A DNA stretch of 64,000 nt from Pseudomonadota bacterium. GTDB lineage: Bacteria > Pseudomonadota > Alphaproteobacteria > Rhodobacterales > Rhodobacteraceae. Shown here in pieces: positions 35,557 through 45,600 of the stretch. Location: contig JBCCDJ010000018.1 in the NCBI GenBank assembly GCA_039030855.1, forward strand, positions 12,031 to 76,030, written 5' to 3'. The translations under genes and the position numbers were made by a program. The notes below the pieces were generated by a model. It was not told the DNA's origin, did not search any database, and worked only from the letters and a program-made list of their open reading frames with translations. How positions within the stretch are numbered: the first letter of the stretch is position 1; the number at the start of each line of letters is the position of its first letter.

Positions 35557-36668
35557 GCCATGTTCTGCAAATCAAAACTGGCCCCTGGCCAGTCGAAATT
35601 CTGGGCCATTTGCACCATGAACATGTCGGATTGCGGATCGACATTGAACCATGTCTCCGCCGCGCCGGACCACCCGAAAGAGCCGGGGCAGGTCGTCAGC
35701 GGGCCGCCTGCCTGACTGATGGCGAAGCCAAGGCCAAAGCCTTGCCCCGTCATGCCCGGATTGATCGATTGGGGCGGCAGCTCAATATGGAGCGGCATGA
35801 CCCTCGCCGCGTGGTTCGCCGTTGCGTGGCCGAGGGTTGCTGCCGACAGAAGCCGCGGCACACCATCGCCGCGCGCATCCCGGAGGAGCGTCTGCGCAAA
35901 AACCGCATAGTCCCTTAGTGTAGAAAAGAGGCCATGGCCGCCGCGCGCGAAATCCGGATCATCATGCGGATAGCTGCGCGTCAGTTGATCGGGGGACAGG
36001 AGCCCGCCTTCCATGCCCCCTTGTATCGGCGCGATCCGGTCGGCGGCATCCTTACCCGGACAGAAGGATGTGTCGGTCATGCCGAGCGGGCCAGTCACGC
36101 GTGACGCGATAATCTCGCCGAGCGGCCTTTGCTCGATCTCCTCCACCACCGCTGCCAGAACATCGGTTGCGACCGAATAAAGCCAGCGTTTGCCCGGCTC
36201 GAACTGGAGGGGGATCGTGGCGATCTTTGCGACATCCTCGCGCAAGGGTATGCTTGCATCATCATGGATACCGGCCTTCAGCATCATCTGGCCGGTCGCA
36301 TCGCCCATGAAGGCGTAACTGAGCCCCGACATATGGGTCATCAGGTGATGCACCAGCATGCGCCGCGATGCACGGCGCGGCCCTTCCGGTGTGAAGACAT
36401 GGATCTTTTCAAACTCGGGCAGGTACTTGGCTACGGGGTGGAAGAGCTGAAGCCGCCCTTCCTCCACCAACTGCATCGCGATGACGGAGACGACGGGCTT
36501 CGTCATCGAATAGATGCGATAGAGCGACGGGTCCGCCGTCGCCCCCTGATAGACGATGCCGGTGCTGTCACCGAGGCACCATTCGAGCCGCTCATAGGCC
36601 CCCTCCGCCACCCAGTCTGCCATGCGGGCGTCAATCCGGGCGAGGCGGTCCGGGGCAAAGCGGCTCAC
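35535..36668 (-). CDS. Serine hydrolase (class C beta-lactamase/esterase family)
   Basis: 378 aa from GTG 36668, which overlaps the upstream stop (GTGA). It has the SxxK motif SMTKP and a beta-lactamase-fold pattern. The track start at 36788 was rejected. Confidence 0.8.
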   Translation of the reverse strand: MSRFAPDRLARIDARMADWVAEGAYERLEWCLGDSTGIVYQGATADPSLYRIYSMTKPVVSVIAMQLVEEGRLQLFHPVAKYLPEFEKIHVFTPEGPRRASRRMLVHHLMTHMSGLSYAFMGDATGQMMLKAGIHDDASIPLREDVAKIATIPLQFEPGKRWLYSVATDVLAAVVEEIEQRPLGEIIASRVTGPLGMTDTSFCPGKDAADRIAPIQGGMEGGLLSPDQLTRSYPHDDPDFARGGHGLFSTLRDYAVFAQTLLRDARGDGVPRLLSAATLGHATANHAARVMPLHIELPPQSINPGMTGQGFGLGFAISQAGGPLTTCPGSFGWSGAAETWFNVDPQSDMFMVQMAQNFDWPGASFDLQNMAYAALVD

Positions 36669-37615
36669 GCGGCGACCCGGGCCTTTGCGGCGGTGTATTG
36701 CGCGGCGATCTGATCCACCAGACCTGCGGTCGGCTGAATGCGGTCGATAGCACCAATGCCCTGGCCGCAGCCCCAGATGTCCTTCCACGCCTTGGTGGTG
36801 CTGGAGCCAAAGCTCATCTTCGAGGGATCGCTTTCGGGCAGATTGTCGGGGTCCATCCCGGCATTTTCGATGGATTTGCGCAGGTAATTGCCGTGCACGC
36901 CGGTGAAGAGGTTGGAATAAATGATGTCCTCGCCCGTCCCATCGACGATGCCCTGCTTGTAATCTTCGGAGGCGCGCGCCTCGTCCGTCGCGATGAAGGG
37001 CGAGCCGATATAGGCCAGATCCGCCCCCATGGCCTGCGCCGCCAGCACCGCGCCGCCCGTGGCGATGGAGCCGGAGAGGAGAAGCGGGCCGTCGAACCAG
37101 GCGCGGATTTCCTGGATCAGGGAAAACGGCGACAGCGTCCCTGCATGGCCGCCCGCGCCCCAGGCCACCGCGATCAGGCCATCTGCGCCCTTCTCGACCG
37201 CCTTCTTGGCAAACTTGTTGTTAATCACATCATGGAGCGTAATGCCGCCGACCGAGTGCATTGCTTGGTTCAGCTCTTCGCGCGCGCCGAGGGACGTGAT
37301 GGTAATCGGCACCTTGTACTTCACGCACATCTCGACATCGTGCATCAGTCTGTCGTTGGAGCGGTGCACGATCTGGTTCACGGCATAGGGTGCTGCTGGA
37401 TTGTCCGGGTTGGCCTGATTGTGGCGGTCCAGCTCCTCCGTGATCTCCTTCAGCCATTCTTCCAGCTGCTCGGCCGGGCGCGCGTTCAATGCCGGCATTG
37501 AGCCGACGACGCCGGCCTTGCACTGAGCGATGACCGATTTGGGGTTCGAGATAATAAAGAGAGGTGCTGCCACGACGGGCAAACGGAGGCCCTGAAGTTG
37601 GGAAGGCAATGCCAT
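36665..37615 (-). CDS. Nitronate monooxygenase (2-nitropropane dioxygenase) family flavoprotein
   Basis: 316 aa from ATG 37615. It has the blocks LPVVAAPLFIISNPKSVIAQCKAGVVGSMP, GGHAG and SGSIATGG, typical of NMO TIM-barrel enzymes. Confidence 0.85.
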   Translation of the reverse strand: MALPSQLQGLRLPVVAAPLFIISNPKSVIAQCKAGVVGSMPALNARPAEQLEEWLKEITEELDRHNQANPDNPAAPYAVNQIVHRSNDRLMHDVEMCVKYKVPITITSLGAREELNQAMHSVGGITLHDVINNKFAKKAVEKGADGLIAVAWGAGGHAGTLSPFSLIQEIRAWFDGPLLLSGSIATGGAVLAAQAMGADLAYIGSPFIATDEARASEDYKQGIVDGTGEDIIYSNLFTGVHGNYLRKSIENAGMDPDNLPESDPSKMSFGSSTTKAWKDIWGCGQGIGAIDRIQPTAGLVDQIAAQYTAAKARVAA

Positions 37616-37703
37616 GCGGTTGGTCCTTGTGTTCTGTCCGGCGCTGGGCCGGGGTTCTTGTGTTCGGGCGGGCCCCGGATCAAGTCCGGGGCGGTTCGGT
37701 TCC

Positions 37704-39782
37704 TTATACGAGCGCGATCTGTACGGGCAGGCCGTTGAAGGCGGCATTGCCGGTCAGTGGATCGATCCGCGTATCATCCGTCAGGTCATTGATCGACGCC
37801 GTTTCCACGCGGGTCGCGGTCGAAAGCCTGCCGCGCCGCTGCCCCCACCCCTGAGGCATGGAGACGACGCCAGGAGCCATTTGGTCAGTGACCTCCGCCG
37901 GTAGAGTGATCGACCCAGTGCGGGAGGTTACCGCGACCTCCGCCTCGTCGGCGACATTCAGGCGGGCGGCATCAGCGGGGTTGATCTGCAGCGTACAGCG
38001 GTTTCGCCCCTTCACGAGGCGCGGCGCATTCTGCGTCCATGTGTTGTGAGAGCGCGATTGCCGCCGCCCGATCATCAGGAACGGATGATCCTGATCCGGC
38101 GCATGATCCAGCAGGCGCGGCAGATCGGCGAGCATGGCGTCAGGTGCGAGATTGAGCCGCCCTTCAGGGGTCTCCAACCGCTCCGCCAGCGAAGGCACCA
38201 GCGGGCCGAGATCCACCGATCCGTCCGCGGCGGCAAGTTTGTCGAAGGACGCGGCCTCGGGGTGGTAGCCACCGGCCAGTACCATCTTCAGCGCATCGGT
38301 TGGCGACGGCCCGATCTGGTTCGCGCCGGTCAGCGCCGCTGTCAGCCGCGCGATCAGTTCCCATTCCTGCATAATGCCGGGCGGCGGATCGAATAACGGC
38401 GCGGCATAGGCCGCCGTATTGCGCACCGCGAAGGTGTGGAAGACCATGTCATAGACGGCCTCTTCCAGTGCCACCGTGGCGGGAAAGATCAGGTCGGCAT
38501 GGCGGGTCGTGTCATTGATGTGGATGTCGATGGACATCATGAAGTCGAGATTTTCCAACGCTGCCTCGATCCGCCGTCCGTTCGGGGCGGAGAGCACCGG
38601 ATTGCCGGCCACCGTGATCAGACCCCTGATCTGGCCATCGCCGGGTGTTTCCATCTCTTCGGCCATGACCGAGACAGGGAACTCGCCATTGTAAAGCGGC
38701 TGGCCTGAGACGCGCGAGCGCCTTTCGGGGTAGGCGCGTATCTGCCCCTTGCGGCTGGTCATGCCGACATAATCGAAGGCGGGGGTGGTAAACATCGCGC
38801 CGCCGGGGCTGTCGAAATTGCCGGTGACGATGTTCAGCGCACTGGTCGCCCATTGGCAAAGGCCGCCAAAGCTCTGTGTCGAGGCCCCCATGCGGCTGTA
38901 GCAGACGGCGCTGGGAGAGGTTGCAAATTCGCGCGCCAGACGGCGGATCGTGTCCGCGTCGATCCCAGTTCGTGATGCGGCAAGCTCCGGCGTAAATGGC
39001 TGCACGGCATCGCGCAGCGCCGCCACCCCGTCGGTGACATCCGCGAGCGTGCCGAGGGTCTCCGCCCCGTTGGCGAACACTTCGTGGATCAGGGCCAGGA
39101 TCAGGAATGCGTCGGTTTCCGGCTTGATGAAATGATGCTCGGCCGCGCGTTTTGCGGTTTCCGTCCGGCGCGGATCGATGACAACGACGCGCCCGCCCCG
39201 GCGCTTGATCTCCTCCATCCGGTTCGGAAAATCCGGTGCGGTCATCATCGAGCCGTTGGAGACGACGGGATTGCCGCCGATGATCAGAAGGTAATCCGTC
39301 CGCTCCAGATCCGGGATCGGCATCAGCATCGGATGGCCGAGCATGTGGATGGCGGCGACATGATGCGGGATCTGGTCGGCGGTCGCGCTGGAATAGCGGT
39401 TGGATGTGCCAAGCGCTTTGACCAGGCCGGGCAGGTTCAGCAGATTGCCGAACTTGTGGGCGTTCGGATTGCCGAGATAGACACCCATGCCATCGCGGCC
39501 ATGGGCATCCTGCACGGCGCGAATACGCTCCACCGCATAGGCGATGGCATCGTCATAGCTGATCTCCTCCCACCCTGTTGCGGTCTTGCGCAGGGGCGTT
39601 GTGACGCGGTCCGGATCTGTTCGAAAATCCTGCAGGGCGACGGCCTTGGGGCAGATATGGCCGCGCGACAACGGGTCGTCCGGATTGCCGCGGATCGAAA
39701 TCACCTTCTCGGCATCATGCTCAATTACGAGGCCACACATGGCCTCGCAGATGTTGCAGGTTCTGTAGTGACGCTCTGCCAT
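37704..39782 (-). CDS. Molybdopterin-dependent oxidoreductase (MopB superfamily, cytoplasmic, substrate unknown)
   Basis: 692 aa from ATG 39782. It has an N-terminal 4Fe-4S motif (CNICEAMCG ... HICPK), a MopB catalytic core and a C-terminal dinucleotide-binding barrel. There is no twin-arginine signal. The track start at 40004 was rejected. Confidence 0.85.
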   Translation of the reverse strand: MAERHYRTCNICEAMCGLVIEHDAEKVISIRGNPDDPLSRGHICPKAVALQDFRTDPDRVTTPLRKTATGWEEISYDDAIAYAVERIRAVQDAHGRDGMGVYLGNPNAHKFGNLLNLPGLVKALGTSNRYSSATADQIPHHVAAIHMLGHPMLMPIPDLERTDYLLIIGGNPVVSNGSMMTAPDFPNRMEEIKRRGGRVVVIDPRRTETAKRAAEHHFIKPETDAFLILALIHEVFANGAETLGTLADVTDGVAALRDAVQPFTPELAASRTGIDADTIRRLAREFATSPSAVCYSRMGASTQSFGGLCQWATSALNIVTGNFDSPGGAMFTTPAFDYVGMTSRKGQIRAYPERRSRVSGQPLYNGEFPVSVMAEEMETPGDGQIRGLITVAGNPVLSAPNGRRIEAALENLDFMMSIDIHINDTTRHADLIFPATVALEEAVYDMVFHTFAVRNTAAYAAPLFDPPPGIMQEWELIARLTAALTGANQIGPSPTDALKMVLAGGYHPEAASFDKLAAADGSVDLGPLVPSLAERLETPEGRLNLAPDAMLADLPRLLDHAPDQDHPFLMIGRRQSRSHNTWTQNAPRLVKGRNRCTLQINPADAARLNVADEAEVAVTSRTGSITLPAEVTDQMAPGVVSMPQGWGQRRGRLSTATRVETASINDLTDDTRIDPLTGNAAFNGLPVQIALV

Positions 39783-40027
39783 GGCGCTTCTCCCGTGGAG
39801 CTTTTCGGGAAACCTCTGGGGTATCGAGTATCGCCAGAAACCAGGGATCGCGAAGCGCGGCAGGGTTCTGATGATCCGGGTGTTTTCCGAAACGCTTTGA
39901 CAGGAACGTAAAGCAAGCGGTGCCAAGGTCGAAAGGGTTTTCGTCGATCTGTGCAGATTGACGTGGCGTCCGCCATGATTTCGTCGTTTCTTGGGGGCAG
40001 GCATTTCGACGAGGAAAGGGCAAGAGG

Positions 40028-40894
40028 ATGATCAAGGCAGGACCGATTGCCGTGCTGTTTGGTTTGATACTCGGGGCAGATCAGCTGTCAGCGGAGCCCG
40101 TGAAGTATGAATTCGGCGCGCGCGGCGATGCGGCTTCTCTGCCGACTGCGCCTCATGGTTCCTACGCCAAAGGGTGCCTTGCAGGGGGGCAGCGGCTGGC
40201 CGAAACCGGTCCGGGCTGGCAGGCGATGCGCCTATCGCGTAATCGCAACTGGGGGCATCCTGATCTCGTGGCTTTTGTTGAGCGTCTCGCTTCCGAGGCC
40301 CGGCAGATCGGGTGGGAGGGTATATTGGTCGGCGATCTCAGCCAGCCGCGCGGCGGGCCGATGACCTCAGGCCATCGCTCCCACCAGATCGGGCTGGATG
40401 CCGATATCTGGATGCGCCCCGGTTATGCGCGGGAATTGTCGCGCGGCGAGCGCGAGGAGATCGGCTCCTTCACCGTCGTGCGCGGCGACAAGCGGGACGT
40501 GAACGGCAACTGGACCCCGGCCCATGGCGACGTTTTGCGCGCTGCCGCGTCCGATCCTGCCGTTGCGCGCATCTTCGTCAATGCCGCGATCAAGCAGCAG
40601 CTTTGCCGCGATGCGGCGGCGGATGACCGCGACTGGCTACGCAAGATCAGGCCATGGTGGGGGCATGATGCACATTTTCATGTGCGCCTGTCCTGCCCCG
40701 CCGGGGCTGAGGGCTGCTTCGATCAGGCCCCGCCGCCGTCCGGTGACGGATGTGACGAGACGCTGGCCTGGTGGATGTCGGATGAGGCGCTGAACCCCAA
40801 GCCCGATCCGAACGCCCCCGCTAAACCTGCCCGGCGCGAGCTGACACTGGCTGACCTCCCGCCGGCCTGTCGCGGCGTGTTGGAGGCCGAGTGA
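40028..40894 (+). CDS. mepA: Penicillin-insensitive murein endopeptidase MepA
   Basis: 288 aa with a signal peptide. Conserved blocks are NWGHPDLV, GHRSHQIGLDADIW and WGHDAHFHVRLSCP. Confidence 0.88.
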   Translation: MIKAGPIAVLFGLILGADQLSAEPVKYEFGARGDAASLPTAPHGSYAKGCLAGGQRLAETGPGWQAMRLSRNRNWGHPDLVAFVERLASEARQIGWEGILVGDLSQPRGGPMTSGHRSHQIGLDADIWMRPGYARELSRGEREEIGSFTVVRGDKRDVNGNWTPAHGDVLRAAASDPAVARIFVNAAIKQQLCRDAAADDRDWLRKIRPWWGHDAHFHVRLSCPAGAEGCFDQAPPPSGDGCDETLAWWMSDEALNPKPDPNAPAKPARRELTLADLPPACRGVLEAE

Positions 40895-41814
40895 TCCCGC
40901 GGCTTCTTCTGGGCCTGTGCCTGGCCGCGCTCGCCAATGCCGGCTTCGCGTCAGAGGTGGAGACACCGCGCAGCGCTCCTTTTGACATTGCTCTTCCCAC
41001 AGACAGCCCGCTGGTGTTCAGGGGCGCGGTTTCGGTTCTGGCGGATGACGAGGATTTCGGCGGTCTTTCTGGCATGGTGATCGGCGCTTTCGGCCAGATC
41101 ATCGCGATCAGCGACCGTGCACGCTGGGCGACGTTTTCCCTTCGGATCGAGAATGGCAGATTGACCGGCATTGACGATCTGCAAACTCATCCGATGATCA
41201 CCCACAAGGGTCAGATCGGCCACGGCCGCAACTGGGATGCGGAGGGTATGACCCTTGGCCCTGATGGCCGGCTCTGGGTCTCTTTTGAGCGGGTCCACCG
41301 GCTCCAGTCCTTCACCAGCGTGACGGAGCCCGCAGGCGTGGCACGGCGCACGAAGGAATGGGACAAACTGCCGAATAATGGCGGGCTGGAGGCATTGGCA
41401 ACGTCCGCCGATGGCCGCCTCTGGGCCATCGAGGAACAATCCGTTGGCGCGGCGCACTCTTTCCGCGTCTTCGTTTCCGGTCCCTCCGACGTGGAAGTAA
41501 AGCATCTGCCACGACATGGCGAATTTTCGCCCACGGGTGCTGATTTTGGCCCTGACGGTTGGCTTTACATTACCGAGCGTGCCTTCAGCCTTATCGGTGG
41601 TTTTCGTGTCCGCCTGCGCCGCGCCCGCTGGTCCGACGGTGCGGCACCGGTTGCGGATGAGCAGCTTGCGGCCTTCGATGCCGCCTCCAATATCGATAAT
41701 ATCGAGGCGATCACGGTGTGGGAGGACGATGACAAGACCTATGCCGTGGTCCTCTCCGATGATAATTTCAACATCTTCCAGCGGACGGTGGTTGCGCTTT
41801 TCGAGGTCGAGTAG
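40891..41814 (+). CDS. Esterase-like activity of phytase family protein (secreted beta-propeller-like)
   Basis: 307 aa. The GTG overlaps the mepA stop (GTGA). It has a signal peptide and repeated blocks (GGLSGMV, EGMTLGPDGRLWVSFE, NGGLEALATSADGRLWAIEE, GADFGPDGWLYITER, NIEAITVWEDD). Confidence 0.75.
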   Translation: MIPRLLLGLCLAALANAGFASEVETPRSAPFDIALPTDSPLVFRGAVSVLADDEDFGGLSGMVIGAFGQIIAISDRARWATFSLRIENGRLTGIDDLQTHPMITHKGQIGHGRNWDAEGMTLGPDGRLWVSFERVHRLQSFTSVTEPAGVARRTKEWDKLPNNGGLEALATSADGRLWAIEEQSVGAAHSFRVFVSGPSDVEVKHLPRHGEFSPTGADFGPDGWLYITERAFSLIGGFRVRLRRARWSDGAAPVADEQLAAFDAASNIDNIEAITVWEDDDKTYAVVLSDDNFNIFQRTVVALFEVE

Positions 41815-41850
41815 TGGTTGGCGAACGAAAAGGATCGCGCAAGGCGTAGG

Positions 41851-42535
41851 TCACCTCCATCCAGGTGGTTGGTCACCGGCCTGGTGAGGCGGCGGCGATC
41901 TATCAATCACGGTCATCTTCCTGATCGGGAACCGTTTGATCCGGCCTTTCTCAATCGCTTTCGCCAGTCGGTCAGAGAAGAACCATGCGTTCAGCACACG
42001 ATCGTCGTGCCAGAAATCGACACCCTCGTCGCTGCCCGTCAAACCACATACATCGTTGATGAAGGTGACCCGCGAAACCGATGATGATGGTAGAAGTCAC
42101 ACGGTTCATGGACCGGCAGGTCTGATTTGAACATGGGGTTGTAGACGGTCTGGTCTGGTAGAGTGCACCGTTGCGCTGGCGCACAAGCAGGGCTGAGTGC
42201 TGGATTTCCAGGGCGACATCGCCATTGGTCGCGACCTTGCTGCCTTTCAGGATCGACGCTCCAAGATCAAAGTCTTCGAGAACAGTGCGTAGTCTGTAAG
42301 AGACAATATGGGGGCTTGAATCGCCTTCAAAAAGTCTGGATGCGCTGCATCTCTGAATTTCTGAAACCAGAGCTTTGCAGGAATGTCATCAATATTGAGA
42401 TCGTATCCGTTGGCGGCGTGAACTGCGATCACAAAGTTCCACCGCTCGCCTCGGTCCACGCATTACGTCCCGAGCGTGAAGCGTGTATCGCCTGTTCGGG
42501 GGGCCAAGCCGTCACTGACCTCCTGCTGATACTTC
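41851..42535 (-). pseudogene. Decayed gene remnant, possibly a DUF1629/Imm11-like immunity-type protein (low confidence)
   Basis: Three short minus-strand ORFs abut end to end (42247-42459, 41972-42184, 41851-42042). The outer two share a frame, as expected from two compensating frameshifts. The last piece (VDFWHDDRVLNAWFFSDRLAKAIEKGRIKRFPIRKM) resembles the C-terminus of DUF1629 proteins. By eye the region has lower GC than its flanks. Confidence 0.3.
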
Positions 42536-42604
42536 AAAGACGTGCAGGGCGTCTCTACGGGTCCATGCCGACAGTAGGACAAGCGGCCACCGTTCAACCC
42601 CGCC

Positions 42605-45600
42605 TCAGGCCGACGCCGCCAGCAACTGCGCGTTGCCGCCCGCCGCCGTCGTGTCGATACATAGTGCCCGCTCGGCGGTGAAGCGTTCCGGGGCGATGGC
42701 CTCGGTGATCAGGCGCGTAATCGGCCCTGTGCGCCGCGCCAGTGCCGCCCGCACGGCGGTCACGCGGTCCGCGGCGGTCAGCGCGACTGCATCGAAAGGT
42801 GCCGTCGTCAGGAACGCCTTGTCCACATCGCCGTCGAGCGCGATCAGCGGGATGCGCTGATCCATCAGGGGCGCGAGGGTCCTTGTGGCGTCTGGCCCGA
42901 TAGCGAGCACAGCATTACCCGCGCGCAGCGCTTGCGCGACATGGCCGAGCAGCGCATCACCTGATCCGATGCAGAGGACCCGGCCCAACGCGGCGAGGCG
43001 AAGCCGGTTGCTCTCGCCCGTCGGTCCGGGCAGTTCCACCGCTCCGCAGTCGAGCGCGGCCGCCGACGCCATCGGTTTTGACGCCTTGCCCTTAAGCAAC
43101 TCGCGCAGTACCCCGATCCGGTCCTTGCGCCCGGCCCATGCTCCGGGCGCAAGACGCCCGAGGGCACTCAGCGCCAGTGGGGTATCGACGGGCGGCGCGC
43201 TCGGCATCGTGCCTGTTGCGGCTGGTGCCTTGCGAAAGCGCGGCAGGTAATGCGGCCCGCCTGCCTTCGGCCCGGTGCCTGACAGTCCCTCGCCGCCAAA
43301 TGGCTGAGAGCCCACGATGGCACCGATCTGGTTACGGTTGACATACAGATTGCCGATCTCGGCGCGGTCGACCACATCCTGCACCCGCCGGTCGATCCGC
43401 GTATGGAGCCCGAAGGTCAGCCCGTAGCCGCGCGCATTCACCGCCTCGACGACCTCGCCGATGTCCTCCGCCTCAAACCGGGCGATGTGCAGCACCGGGC
43501 CGAACACCTCTCGTTCCAGGTCTTCAATACCGCCCACTTCCAGCAGGGTGGGTGCGATGAACAAGCCGGCATCAGGGGCTTTGGTCTGATGCACGAGTTG
43601 CCCCTTAGTCCGGGCTGCTTGGATATAGGCAGCGATGCCGTCGAGGGCCTCCTGATCGATCACCGGCCCGATATCGGTGGCCAGATCCATGGGATCGCCG
43701 AGCCGCAGCGCATCCATCGCGCCCGTCAGCATCTTGGTCAGTTTTTCGGCGACATCGTTTTGCACATAGACGATGCGCAGGGCGGAGCAGCGTTGACCCG
43801 CGCTCTGGAATGCCGAGGCGATGATATCGCGCACGGCCTGTTCCGGCAGCGCGGTGCTGTCGACGATCATGGCATTCAACCCGCCGGTTTCCGCGATCAG
43901 CATCGCCTCGGGCGCGGTTTCGGCCAGTTTGCGGTCGATGATCCTGGCCACCTCGGTCGATCCGGTGAAACAGACCCCGCCGAGGCGTGGGTCGGCGGTC
44001 AGGGCCGCCCCGACATCACCCGCGCCGGGCACGACCTGCAAGACATCGGCAGGGATGCCCGCCTCATGCAGCAGGGCGACGGCGCGCGCGGCGATCAGGG
44101 GTGTTTGCTCGGCCGGTTTCGCGATTACGGCGTTGCCTGCAGCCAGCGCTGCCGCGATCTGGCCGGTGAAGATGGCAAGGGGGAAATTCCAGGGGCTGAT
44201 GCAGACCACAGCACCTCGCGCGGTTGTCCCTGCCTCCGCTCCGGCGGCTTCACTGGCATAGTAGCGCAGGAAGTCGACGGCTTCGCGCATCTCTGCGATG
44301 CAGTCGTCCAGCGTTTTGCCCGCCTCACGCGCCAACAGGGTGAACATCTCGCCCATACTGGCTTCATAGAGGTCCGCGGCTGCCATGAGCGCTGCGGACC
44401 GCGCGGCGGCGGGCGTGTCGGCCCAACCGGGCGCGGCGGCTGTGGCCGTCGCCACCGCCGCAGAGGCATCGTCGGCGCTGGACCAGCGGACATGCCCGAC
44501 CGGTGCCCCCGTGGCCGGATTGGCGATCATCGTATCGCCGTTGCCCCATTCATGGGTCAGAAACGGCGCGCGGGCGGCGGCGATCTCCGCAAGATCTGCC
44601 TCATTGGCGAAATCCCAGCCGTGAGAATTGATCCGCTCCGGCGCATAAAGCATGGACGGGGCCGGGATCGTCGGGCTAGGGATCGTCATCTCCGCCAGAA
44701 CATCAAACGGATCAGCCGCAATCGTCTCAGGTGCGACGCTCTCATCAACGATCTGGTTGACGAAGCTGGAATTCGCGCCGTTCTCCAACAGCCGCCGCAC
44801 CAGATAGGCCAGCAGGTCTTCATGTGCGCCAACCGGGGCATAGATGCGACAGCGCGCGCCGTTCTGCTTGCGCAGCGCCTCGTGCAGCGCCTCACCCATA
44901 CCGTGGAGGCGCTGAAATTCAAACGTGTCATCCGGCCCACCAGCGATATTCAGGATGGCGGCTGCGGAATGGGCGTTGTGGGTGGCAAACTGTGGATAGA
45001 TGCGGCTGCGCAGTCCCAGCAGTTTTTTGGCGCAGGCGATGTAGCTGACATCGGTTGCGGCTTTCGCGGTGAAGACCGGATAATCGGTCAGGCCCATCAC
45101 CTGGGCGCGCTTGATCTCCGTGTCCCAATACGCGCCCTTCACCAGCCGCACCATGATCTTGCGGTCCAGCTTCTCCGCGAGGGCATGGAGCCAGTCGATC
45201 ACATGAGGCGCGCGGCGCGAATAGGCCTGGACCACGATGCCGAACCCGTCCCAACCTGAGAGCGAGGGATCGGACAGCACGCCCTCGATGATGTCGAGCG
45301 AGAGGTCGAGGCGATCAGCCTCCTCCGCGTCCACATTCAGGCCGATCTTCGCCGCCTTCGCCATTTGGCAGAGCTGCAGTAGCCGTTCGGTCAGATCGTC
45401 GGTCATCACCGCTTTCTGCCGCCGCTCATATCGCGGATGCAGGGCGGAGAGCTTGACCGAGATACCGGGATTGGAGCGGATGTCGCCCTTCGCCCGCCCG
45501 GCAATGGCCTTGATCGCGGTCTCATAGGCGGCGAAATAGCGGTCCGCATCGGCATGGGTGCGCGCCGCCTCGCCGAGCATATCGTAAGAGTAGCTGTAGC

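Noticed and set aside
36698-37501. 267-aa plus-strand ORF
   Set aside because: It is antisense to the nitronate monooxygenase gene.
39084-39911. 275-aa plus-strand ORF
   Set aside because: It is antisense to the molybdopterin oxidoreductase gene.
39783-40027. Possible Moco riboswitch in the leader of the molybdoenzyme gene
   Set aside because: I could not find the conserved Moco-motif blocks or a convincing multi-stem architecture by eye. A covariance-model scan would be needed to revisit this.
43403-45259. 618-aa plus-strand ORF
   Set aside because: It lies entirely antisense to putA, whose identity is unambiguous. Its Arg/Gly/Asp-rich composition is typical of shadow frames.
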